Position numbers and translations under genes: made by a program. Below are positions 9,999 to 18,258 of a stretch of 64,000 bases of DNA, one piece after another. Source of the DNA: a virus. Lineage: Duplodnaviria; Heunggongvirae; Uroviricota; Caudoviricetes. The stretch lies in the IMG/VR virus record IMGVR_UViG_2531839402_000001; one strand, written 5' to 3'. The notes below the pieces were generated by a model. The model ran no database searches and was not told where the DNA came from. It was given only the letters and a program-made list of their open reading frames with translations. Each line of letters begins with the position of its first letter. Positions within the stretch are counted from its first letter, which is position 1.

Positions 9999-10841
9999 TC
10001 ATCCAATGGAATACTCCGCTATGAATTTTTTGACGATCGGCGACTCTTTATTAAGGGTTAGATTTCCACCTTCCCTGGTGGCGATGCCAGTGGCTGGAAA
10101 CACAGCCATCATCTGGCCAGCCTGAGTCGAAGCCGTGTTGAGCGGGTATGGTTTCTCCGGGTTGCTCATTAGCGACAGTTTAATGCTATTGCTGGTCGCT
10201 GTGTTCGCGTCAAGGATGTGGCGCATTGCGATTACCGTGTAGACGCTGATTTCCGGCCCACCACTAAACCAGTTCAAAAGGTTTAAGATCTTGTCTTTCG
10301 CTTTGACTGGCGCTCCTTCAAATGCGGCAGTAAAGCTCTCACTTTCCAGACCGGCTGTCGCATAGAACGATTCGTCCTTGCCTTCCAGCGTGAAGCGAGG
10401 TTTGGCCGGCGCACGCTCTGATTTTGCCTTCTGGCGTTTTGGCTGCTCTTCTTCAGGTTTAGGCTCTGACTCCACTGAAGGTAAAGGAGTTGGATCTGTA
10501 CCGGTAGTCTCAGTACTTCGAGCGTCAAGTTCAGGCACTGGCTCGTTCACCACCTCCGCAATAAGGTCACGTTCTGGTTCCTCAACCTTCACCGATTCGT
10601 GCTCAATCTCAAGCTCTTCCAGAACGCTACTCAGATCGCCGGTAGAGCAGGCATTCATGACCTCATCCGCCACCGCCTCGACTGGTTTTGCGATTGCATC
10701 GTCCAGACCAGAGAGAAGATCGTCGATCTCGTCGACACCGCTCGTTTTCGCAGCGTTCTGAACTGGTTCGTCGAGAGATTGCAGCATTGCTGTCAGTTCA
10801 TCCAGGTCATCGTTTTTAACAGTGTTGGTAACTGCGCTCAT
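9999..10841 (-). CDS. Hypothetical acidic protein
   Basis: 280-aa ORF, acidic/Pro-rich middle, no recognisable motif. Confidence 0.45.
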   Translation of the reverse strand: MSAVTNTVKNDDLDELTAMLQSLDEPVQNAAKTSGVDEIDDLLSGLDDAIAKPVEAVADEVMNACSTGDLSSVLEELEIEHESVKVEEPERDLIAEVVNEPVPELDARSTETTGTDPTPLPSVESEPKPEEEQPKRQKAKSERAPAKPRFTLEGKDESFYATAGLESESFTAAFEGAPVKAKDKILNLLNWFSGGPEISVYTVIAMRHILDANTATSNSIKLSLMSNPEKPYPLNTASTQAGQMMAVFPATGIATREGGNLTLNKESPIVKKFIAEYSIG

Positions 10842-11042
10842 TTTTAACTCCTTATGTTTTCGTTGGTGCGTTTCCGCGTTTGTGTTGAGCGTATTCTGGC
10901 AAAACCTATCAGGTAGAAAACGAATAAATTCAGGTAATTACAATAAATTACCTCACGCTTTTGAAGATTTTTTTTCATCCAAACCTCATATGATTTCCAA
11001 ATGTAAAATCAGCCGCTATGATGAGAGGATTCTGCTAAAGGA

Positions 11043-12158
11043 GTGATTAATGTGAACATTGATGTAAATGCCATTTTGAACGATGCAGTAAAAGATATGC
11101 CCATAGCTAACATCATCGTGATAGGAAAGACTGGTGTAGGAAAAAGTTCTCTCATTAATAGTGTATTTCGTGGAGACTTTGCGAGAACTGGGGTAGGCCG
11201 CCCTGTAACAGAAAATATAAAAGTAATTAAGAAAGAAGGCGTCCCATTACAAATCATTGATACTCAGGGACTGGAAGTCGCGGATTACGATAAAACCAGA
11301 TTAAACATTGAAAATTACATAAACGAACATAACAATAGTGAAGAATCAGAGAATTACGTCCATCTCGCTTGGCTATGTATTAATGACACCGGTCAACGTT
11401 ATGAAAAAGCTGAACTAAACATAGCCAAGTTTTTGATAAGTAAAGGAATACCGGTTATAGTAGTACTAACAAAAACAAACAGCTTCAAAAACAATGAATT
11501 TGCGAAAGAAGTTGAGATTGCATTTAAAAACTATAGCCATGCAGTCTGTCTGACTCGTGCGATTGAAGAAACGATTTATGATGAAGATGAACCAGATGAA
11601 ATCATAGGAAAAAGAAAGGTTAGAGGCATAGATGATTTAATCCAAACATCGTATGAGGTTATTCCAGAAGCACAAAAAAAGGCATTTTCCAATGCTCTTT
11701 CAATTAAGAACAAAAAAGCATTGGATATAAAAAAAGAGCAAGCTAGTAAAGAGGTTATTGCCGCAACAGTCCTCGCAGGTGCGGCCGCAGCAACCCCAGT
11801 TCCATTTTCAGATGCATTTACCTTAGTGCCAATTCAAGTCACAATGATTGCAAAAATCAGTTATACCTTTGGAATGGATGTATCTAAAGCGGCATTAACA
11901 ACAATGGTAACGTCTTTAATAGGTGCTGGTGGTGCAGTTTTTTTAGGACGAACAATTGTCACAGGGCTATTAAAGATGATACCTGGTGTAGGAAGCCTCG
12001 TTGGAGGGGCGATTTCTGCAACAACGGCAAGTGCAATCACAAAAGTCCTGGGTGATACATACGTTCTGGTTCTGTACAAGCTCGCAACAGAGTCTAAAAC
12101 CGGAGAAATTGATTTTGAAATGGCAGCCAAGTTACTGAAGGCAAAAGTTTCATTTTAA
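11043..12158 (+). CDS. Ras-like (MMR_HSR1-type) GTPase with C-terminal DUF697-like glycine/alanine-rich membrane-associated domain
   Basis: G1 GKTGVGKSS, G3 DTQGL, G4 LTKTN. C-terminal 130 aa are hydrophobic and Gly/Ala-rich (AGAAAATPVPF...IGAGGAVFLGRTIV...GVGSLVGGAISA). AT-rich, and the only plus-strand gene in a minus-strand module. Confidence 0.6.
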   Translation: MINVNIDVNAILNDAVKDMPIANIIVIGKTGVGKSSLINSVFRGDFARTGVGRPVTENIKVIKKEGVPLQIIDTQGLEVADYDKTRLNIENYINEHNNSEESENYVHLAWLCINDTGQRYEKAELNIAKFLISKGIPVIVVLTKTNSFKNNEFAKEVEIAFKNYSHAVCLTRAIEETIYDEDEPDEIIGKRKVRGIDDLIQTSYEVIPEAQKKAFSNALSIKNKKALDIKKEQASKEVIAATVLAGAAAATPVPFSDAFTLVPIQVTMIAKISYTFGMDVSKAALTTMVTSLIGAGGAVFLGRTIVTGLLKMIPGVGSLVGGAISATTASAITKVLGDTYVLVLYKLATESKTGEIDFEMAAKLLKAKVSF

Positions 12159-12162
12159 AAAG

Positions 12163-12190
12163 TTAAGCGGTGCAATTTATTGCACCGCTT
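12163..12190. terminator. Bidirectional rho-independent terminator
   Basis: aagcggtgcaatttattgcaccgctt perfect hairpin flanked by A/T runs, between convergent genes. Confidence 0.55.
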
Positions 12191-12196
12191 ATTAAA

Positions 12197-12739
12197 TTAA
12201 AAATCGAAAAAACCATATTTTTCCCGAGCTTTGAAAAAACATTGCATCATCAGCTCAGTATCGTAGAGGGCACTGTGGGCCTTCTCACGGTCGTAAGTGA
12301 AGCCAAGTGAGAACGCCAGCTCTTCTAGGCGTGGACGCTTCCCATCTTCGGTAGCCCACAGCCCATCTAGCATAGTGTCAACCAGAGGGATATCCGGCAA
12401 TTTCACCCCATAGCTGCCGAACTCGTGGCGAATGAACGGAAGGTCAAAAGCCTCTCCGTTATGGGCAACTAACGCGCTACATGCACCCATATATGCAGCA
12501 ATCTTGCCTGCGTGGTCAGCCAGTAGCGGTTCCGTCGCCAGATCTTCCAGTGAAATGCCATGCACCGCCTGCGCCTTCGGATCGATACTGCGACGCGGGT
12601 TGAAGCGCATCTCAAGGCTGTCGATGTGCTTCTGGGTTTCCAGTTCATAACGGGTTATCGCGATTTCGATAATTTTGTGGCCGGATGTGAAGTCCAGCCC
12701 TGTGGACTCAATATCGACGCCACCGACAATCGTGGTCAT
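12197..12739 (-). CDS. DnaQ-like 3'-5' exonuclease (DEDDh)
   Basis: Exo I VDIESTGLD, Exo II HNGEAFDLPF, Exo III HSALYDTE. Confidence 0.75.
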   Translation of the reverse strand: MTTIVGGVDIESTGLDFTSGHKIIEIAITRYELETQKHIDSLEMRFNPRRSIDPKAQAVHGISLEDLATEPLLADHAGKIAAYMGACSALVAHNGEAFDLPFIRHEFGSYGVKLPDIPLVDTMLDGLWATEDGKRPRLEELAFSLGFTYDREKAHSALYDTELMMQCFFKAREKYGFFDF

Positions 12740-12748
12740 TGGTACTCC

Positions 12749-13168
12749 TTACAGCTTCTTCGCGCCTTTCAGCAGTGCGCCACGCACAAACTGAGCAGCC
12801 TTTTTCAGTGCGTCCTCGCCACTTTCGCAGACGACCGGCTCGCGCCATTCGCCCGTTGATGTGTTGAGGATCTGGATTTGGTTGGTCTCCAGGCAGACGG
12901 ACACGTACAAAACCGTACCGCCTGAGAGTTTGAGGTGCATAGGAAACAGAGGGCGCTTGGTGCCGCCATTGAACTGCGACATCGCCACATTGATGGCTTC
13001 GCCAACCTCTTCCCCAACAAGCCCTTGAACGGACTCAAACACTGCGCGGATAGCCAGACGTGCTTCACGTTCACTCATCAAAGAGCGGGATTGTTCGTCA
13101 GCAATGCGGATCAGTGCTTCAATCGCTTTACGATCTAATTCATCCGAGAGGGGAAGTTCATCTATCAT
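12749..13168 (-). CDS. Hypothetical protein
   Basis: 139-aa ORF in operon. Confidence 0.4.
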   Translation of the reverse strand: MIDELPLSDELDRKAIEALIRIADEQSRSLMSEREARLAIRAVFESVQGLVGEEVGEAINVAMSQFNGGTKRPLFPMHLKLSGGTVLYVSVCLETNQIQILNTSTGEWREPVVCESGEDALKKAAQFVRGALLKGAKKL

Positions 13169-13231
13169 TCTGTTTTTCCTCGATTCATTTCGCGTGTCTT
13201 ATTGTCACACTGCCCAACAGGGGAGCAATAT

Positions 13232-13876
13232 TCAGTGGAAGGTCACTCGTCCTGTTATACGGCGCTCGATGTTTTCAGCGGCTCTGTCCAGCACTCGCAA
13301 TACCGATCTGGCTCGCGCTTCAACCGTGCGGCACTTTTCAGAGATAACGAACACCTGCAGATCGCCGGTTTGGGGAAGCGTGTTGATTTTCGTCAGCTCA
13401 CCGCACATAAGTGCATCGATGCGAGCAACATAGAGACGGTCAAGCGATCCTCGCTGGGGACGCGCGAGATCTTTGCTGGAAAGCTCAACGCCCGGGCGAA
13501 GTCCCGCTATAGCATTGAAGTTGGAAATGGCCGCTTTGTGGCAAAACTGCTCAATGTCGAGAGCCAGCTCGATGCAGCGGTCTTCGTTGGTCTGGCCGAC
13601 CAGGTCAAGCGTATAAGCCATGACATCGGCTGGCGTGCGGTCGATGACAAAACCTTCAACGCCGCGGGTGATCATCTCGATGTGTCTGGCAATCTCCATC
13701 TGAACCTGAAGACGTTCGTAAAGAGGCAAACGCTCGCCAACCTTCACCCCCAGACTGCTCATCAGCTTGCCAACACCGGCATCCACATACGGAATGCCAT
13801 AATGCGCATCGATGTATTTTGCCAGGGTTGTTTTTCCACTGCCCTGTGCGCCAGTGATTCCAATCCGGTAATCCAT
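13232..13876 (-). CDS. P-loop nucleotide kinase (dNMP-kinase-like)
   Basis: Walker A GITGAQGSGKTTLAKYI at the N-terminus; size and context (next to folA/thyA) fit a phage dNMP kinase. Confidence 0.5.
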   Translation of the reverse strand: MDYRIGITGAQGSGKTTLAKYIDAHYGIPYVDAGVGKLMSSLGVKVGERLPLYERLQVQMEIARHIEMITRGVEGFVIDRTPADVMAYTLDLVGQTNEDRCIELALDIEQFCHKAAISNFNAIAGLRPGVELSSKDLARPQRGSLDRLYVARIDALMCGELTKINTLPQTGDLQVFVISEKCRTVEARARSVLRVLDRAAENIERRITGRVTFH

Positions 13877-14352
13877 TACGACCTTCTGTATACGATCTGC
13901 AAAAAGCCAGGCTCATCCTCATTTGCACGTTGGGTATAAGCAGTTTCGACTGGTACGAACCCTAAAGAACGCATCATTGGCGCCGGGAAGAACGCATCCG
14001 CGCCCGGCACATCCACGCCAATATGCGACAGCCAGATCTCTTCTACGTGTGGCATAAAGAGCGAGTAAATCTGCCCGCCACCAATCACCCATACCGGATC
14101 TGGCAGTCTCAAAACGTCATCGATGCCAGCGGGGTAGAACCCATTGGGGATATACCCACGAGAGCGCGTCAAAACGAGGTTATGGCGCTCTGGCAGCGGG
14201 CGCTTGAGACTTTCCATCGTCTTGCGTCCCATCACGACAGTGGCGTTTTTGGTGAGTTGTTTGAACAGTTTCAGATCGGTCGGGCAACGCCAGGGAAGTT
14301 CGTTGCCAATGCCGATTTCATAGTTGCGGCCGACAGCTGCAATCATCTTCAT
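13876..14352 (-). CDS. folA: Dihydrofolate reductase
   Basis: MIAAVGRNYEIGIGNELPW...VMGRKTMESL...WVIGGGQIY, classical DHFR motifs. Confidence 0.8.
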   Translation of the reverse strand: MKMIAAVGRNYEIGIGNELPWRCPTDLKLFKQLTKNATVVMGRKTMESLKRPLPERHNLVLTRSRGYIPNGFYPAGIDDVLRLPDPVWVIGGGQIYSLFMPHVEEIWLSHIGVDVPGADAFFPAPMMRSLGFVPVETAYTQRANEDEPGFLQIVYRRS

Positions 14353-14762
14353 TGGCTTACCTCATAGATGGTTGGTCGCTGGTGAGAATCTGCCAGCGCA
14401 GAACGCAGACGCGGATCATGAACCAGTGCGGCGATAAGTAAGTCGCCTTTGTGCTCTGCCAGCGTGCGCTTGATATGGGTTTCAAAACTGACACCGCGCG
14501 GAACCAGGTGGAGCCAGTCATAATCAATGCCGAAGTCCTTCAGCCAGCGTTTGGTTGGGCCTTCGAGCGCTTCCGGACGACTACTGATAAGCACCACTTC
14601 AGCACCGGAGCGAGCAAAACCACGCAACATGCGGCTGGTGGGAAAGATGAGTTCATCACCGGCAATGAGAGCGCCTGCATCCGCATCAGACACTGCTTTG
14701 CGATTGCTGGCTCTCGCCAGCACACCTTCAATTTCACACAACACATACATCCCTCTGGCCAT
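14349..14762 (-). CDS. HAD-fold-like putative nucleotidase
   Basis: Weak HAD-like pattern (YVLCEIEGVL; VVLISSRPE; DYDWLHL). The first Asp of motif I is replaced, so function is uncertain. Confidence 0.3.
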   Translation of the reverse strand: MARGMYVLCEIEGVLARASNRKAVSDADAGALIAGDELIFPTSRMLRGFARSGAEVVLISSRPEALEGPTKRWLKDFGIDYDWLHLVPRGVSFETHIKRTLAEHKGDLLIAALVHDPRLRSALADSHQRPTIYEVSQ

Positions 14763-14763
14763 A

Positions 14764-15879
14764 TCACACCGCCACTGGAACCTTGATCCACGGAAGAGGG
14801 CTGTAGCCGCACACCTGCACACCTTCCCATTTGAAGTCGTCCAGTTCGACCCATTCATGCGGAAAAATGACAACCGGGTCGGACTCTTTGGGCGGCTCGC
14901 GCTTCATCAGCTCCTCAACGCCTTCCATGTGGTTGTCGTAGAGATGAACGTCAAAGCCAAAATGCACGAATGCGCCAGCCATATGGCCGGTGATCTTCGC
15001 GAGGAAGTGGGTGAGAATGCCGTAACCGGCGATGTTGAACGGCATACCAACAAAGGTATCGACGCTGCGTTGAACCAGGCATGAGTTCAGAATGCGTTTC
15101 GGGATGCCCAGCTCGTCCAGCATGTTCTCAGTAATGCCACCATCTCTTTCCAGAAGACACAGCATCTGGGTGTAAATGGACTCGTGGCCGTGGCGGTTGT
15201 GCTGGATGCCAATGTCGGTGGCCATAGTCAGTCGGGTCTCAAAGTCCAGCTCGCGACTCCACAGTGAAAACACGAAATGGCATGGCGGCAGCTTCATATC
15301 TTCCAGTTCGCCAACATTCCAGGCATTCAGCAGGATGCGACGATCTGTCGGGTTGGTGCGAAGCGTGTGAACGATACGCTGTAGCTGGTCGATTTCACGG
15401 GACAACACAACGCGATCTTCACTTACGCCCAGATACCCCTCGACCTTGTACCCGCGCTCACGGAACGTGTCGATTTTGCTCAAATACTCGCTATGGCTCA
15501 CGATGCGGGTATCTTCCCACCGACGCCATTGTTTGCCATAGACCGGGCCTAAATCGCCATTTTCATCAGCCCAGGCATCCCAGATTTTGACGCCATTGTC
15601 TTTCAGGAACTGGATGTTGCCCGTTCCTTTGAGATACCACTCCAGCTCAATCAGTAACGACTTCAGGTTGACGGCTTTTCCGGAGATAAGTGGAACAGAG
15701 CCGCCCGTCAGCATGTAGTAGGAAGGGACATATGAAACGCTTTTTGTGCCGGTTCCGGTGCGATCACCCGCGTGAACGCCAGTGTTGAGCACCGTTTCAA
15801 CCACTTTGGCATACGAACCACTGGCAAACTGACCGTTCGTAAAGTCTCGATTCAGTAGGGTAGACAAAATCAACCTCAC
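14764..15879 (-). CDS. thyA: Thymidylate synthase (ThyA) with two insertions
   Basis: DRTGTGT, WADENGDLGPVYGKQWR, NAWNVGEL, LPPCH, PFNIA and HLY signatures. 371 aa versus ~264 for E. coli ThyA. Confidence 0.85.
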   Translation of the reverse strand: MRLILSTLLNRDFTNGQFASGSYAKVVETVLNTGVHAGDRTGTGTKSVSYVPSYYMLTGGSVPLISGKAVNLKSLLIELEWYLKGTGNIQFLKDNGVKIWDAWADENGDLGPVYGKQWRRWEDTRIVSHSEYLSKIDTFRERGYKVEGYLGVSEDRVVLSREIDQLQRIVHTLRTNPTDRRILLNAWNVGELEDMKLPPCHFVFSLWSRELDFETRLTMATDIGIQHNRHGHESIYTQMLCLLERDGGITENMLDELGIPKRILNSCLVQRSVDTFVGMPFNIAGYGILTHFLAKITGHMAGAFVHFGFDVHLYDNHMEGVEELMKREPPKESDPVVIFPHEWVELDDFKWEGVQVCGYSPLPWIKVPVAV

Positions 15880-16056
15880 ACAAGATAAGTAAGTACATAC
15901 ATATTATTTTATACAAGTTTATCTGTCAGAAGTGTGTAAGGCTAGGAGGGGAGTAAAAAAAATGGTGGCTCTTAGGCCACCATTGCAATGAGCAATTAAG
16001 AACTTGGACAATAAAACACGCCCAGGCAATATATAATGATAAGTAGATACTTACAA

Positions 16057-16926
16057 TTATTTTTTTACCATCTCGTAAAGAGATGAGGCTTTCGCCTTCT
16101 CAACAAAGCGAGTCAGATCCACATCGCTGTAGGTTGGGGATTTGAGGATCTTGCCATCAGAAACTCTGAAGCCAATCATCATGTCAGTCCCTTCAGCGTG
16201 GCGGAAGCCCAGATCTTCCTTGTCGTATTTGCAATTCTCTACCGCCACACGACGCTCTTCGGCGTCAGCCGGCCACAGCTTGGTCATGTTGGAACGATGG
16301 ATTTCTGCCACCAGCTCAACAATATCGATACCGAGAAAATCAGCCAGGCGGTAGGTCATCATGCAGGCAACGTAGATTTTATTCATCACGCGGCGCAGCT
16401 CCTGCACCAATTCGGAATCGCTAATCGGCTTCGCTTCGAGTTTGTCAGCCAGCGCATTCAGCATTAATGCAGCTTCTTTTGCTTCTTCAAACGGGATGGC
16501 CATGTCGTCAAAGACCGTGTTGCCTGGAACCATGATGGTGTGGATGAAGCGATCAACACTCTGCTCTTGGGTGTAGTAGCTCATACCTGTAGAGATACCG
16601 CCTTTGATGGCCACCATTGTGCCGACGCCCACGTAAAGGAAGTCAGCCATCGCGTCCAGCAGTGCCGTGATATCCCCATTTTTGGCTGCCGGGATGCCCT
16701 CGGTAACTGCTTCTTCGTGGATCAGCTTGGCACGCAGACGCAGTAATGCCGGATCTGGAATGGCACGGCGTGGGTGCTGAAACAGTGTGTGGAACTGGTC
16801 AACCATCAAGTAGATGCTTTCCGTTGCCTTGCCAAAACCAGGATTCAACTCGTAAGGCTCAGGCTTAAATCCCACGAGTTTGTCTGCGGCAAGTTTCAGA
16901 TGATCGGTCAGTTTCGTAAATTTCAT
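16057..16926 (-). CDS. MazG/HisE-like all-alpha NTP pyrophosphohydrolase (putative)
   Basis: EExxE...D helix pattern (LIHEEAVTEG...DAMADFLYV); a copy of the conserved palindrome abuts the 3' end. Confidence 0.4.
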   Translation of the reverse strand: MKFTKLTDHLKLAADKLVGFKPEPYELNPGFGKATESIYLMVDQFHTLFQHPRRAIPDPALLRLRAKLIHEEAVTEGIPAAKNGDITALLDAMADFLYVGVGTMVAIKGGISTGMSYYTQEQSVDRFIHTIMVPGNTVFDDMAIPFEEAKEAALMLNALADKLEAKPISDSELVQELRRVMNKIYVACMMTYRLADFLGIDIVELVAEIHRSNMTKLWPADAEERRVAVENCKYDKEDLGFRHAEGTDMMIGFRVSDGKILKSPTYSDVDLTRFVEKAKASSLYEMVKK

Positions 16927-17008
16927 GTCTTCTTTCTTTCCTTTGGACTTCATTTGATGCGTCAATTGTGACCCAGCAGCGCCAGGCCACAAAGTGGTTA
17001 AACTCGGC

Positions 17009-18151
17009 TTAAAGGTCTGCGAACTGGCTCAGTCCGGAGCGATCGACAGCGGAATCAATCTGGCCGACGAGGTAGTTGCTTTGTTCAGCTTCCTGCGGAG
17101 CTATCTGCAGGGTGTCTGACAGCAGCCATTTGTTCATCCATACCAGTGGATCGTCTTTAATTTCCGGGAACAGCGGTCGCAGCCCCAGACGACGCATTGC
17201 CAGGTTGGTGCGGTATTTCACATAGCTTTTGAGGATGTCGGCATTCAAGCCAATCATTGAGCCGTCTTTAAACAGATAGTCAGCCCAGCGCATTTCCTGT
17301 CCGGCCACGTCCATCATGGTCTGATAGATGAAGCTCTCTTCTTCTGCGGCAATCATCTTCCACATCAGACCTTCACGACCGGTACGCATAAAGCGGATCA
17401 TGCGTTCAGTACCTTCGCAATGCAGAGCCTCGTCGCGCGCGATAAAGCGCATGATCTTCGTGTTGCCCTCCAGCAGCTTCCGCTCACCAAAGGCGAACGT
17501 ACACGCAAAGCTCACGTAGAAGCGAATCGCCTCCAGTGCATTCACCGACACCAGTGTTCGGAACAGCTGGCGCTGGAGAGGGTAGGGCTTGCCATCAAAC
17601 TCGCTGACATACAGCCGTTCAAATTCGTCTTCGCCAAGATGCTGGCGAGCGCAGGTCATTTCGTACAGTCTGTCATATTCGCTTGAGATGCTTACAGCCC
17701 GGCTGATGATCTCTTCGTCCGTGACGATGCCGTCGAAAACGATGCTCGGGTCATCCACCATACCGCGGATAATGTGCGTATAGCTGCGGCTGTGAATCGT
17801 CTCGGAGAACGACCAGGTCTCGACCCATGTCTCCAGCTCAGGAATGGAGATCAGCGGCAGCAGTGTTGCGTTAGGACTGCGACCCTGAACGGAATCCAAC
17901 AGCGTCTGGTAACGCAGGTTGCTCAGGAAAATATGGCGCTCGTGCTCTTGCAGCTTGGTATTGAAGTCGATGCGGTCAGTGGTAATGTCGACTTCTTCAG
18001 GGCGCCAGAAGAACGAAAGTTGTTTCTCAATCAGCTTTTCGAAGTCACGGTACTTTTGCTGATCGTAGCGTGCTACGTTGACAGATTGGCCGAGGAACAT
18101 AGGTTCCTTCGTTGCGTCGTTAGCGCCCAAACGGAAAGTAGAATAAGTCAT
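17009..18151 (-). CDS. nrdB: Ribonucleotide reductase class Ia beta subunit
   Basis: Full-length similarity to E. coli NrdB as remembered (FFWRPEEVD, iron-ligand E/H helices, C-terminal tail). Confidence 0.9.
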   Translation of the reverse strand: MTYSTFRLGANDATKEPMFLGQSVNVARYDQQKYRDFEKLIEKQLSFFWRPEEVDITTDRIDFNTKLQEHERHIFLSNLRYQTLLDSVQGRSPNATLLPLISIPELETWVETWSFSETIHSRSYTHIIRGMVDDPSIVFDGIVTDEEIISRAVSISSEYDRLYEMTCARQHLGEDEFERLYVSEFDGKPYPLQRQLFRTLVSVNALEAIRFYVSFACTFAFGERKLLEGNTKIMRFIARDEALHCEGTERMIRFMRTGREGLMWKMIAAEEESFIYQTMMDVAGQEMRWADYLFKDGSMIGLNADILKSYVKYRTNLAMRRLGLRPLFPEIKDDPLVWMNKWLLSDTLQIAPQEAEQSNYLVGQIDSAVDRSGLSQFADL

Positions 18152-18258
18152 GTGTTTCCCTCTGAATGTTATCGAGTTGCTTTAAACAAATTGTTATCTT
18201 ATTGGTTTAAACAAGGTGCTCAACTCAAGGAAAAGGTGGGGATTTCTCCCCACGCTCA

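Noticed and set aside
13202-13939. 245-aa plus-strand ORF
   Set aside because: Antisense to the P-loop kinase and DHFR genes; no motifs; shadow ORF.
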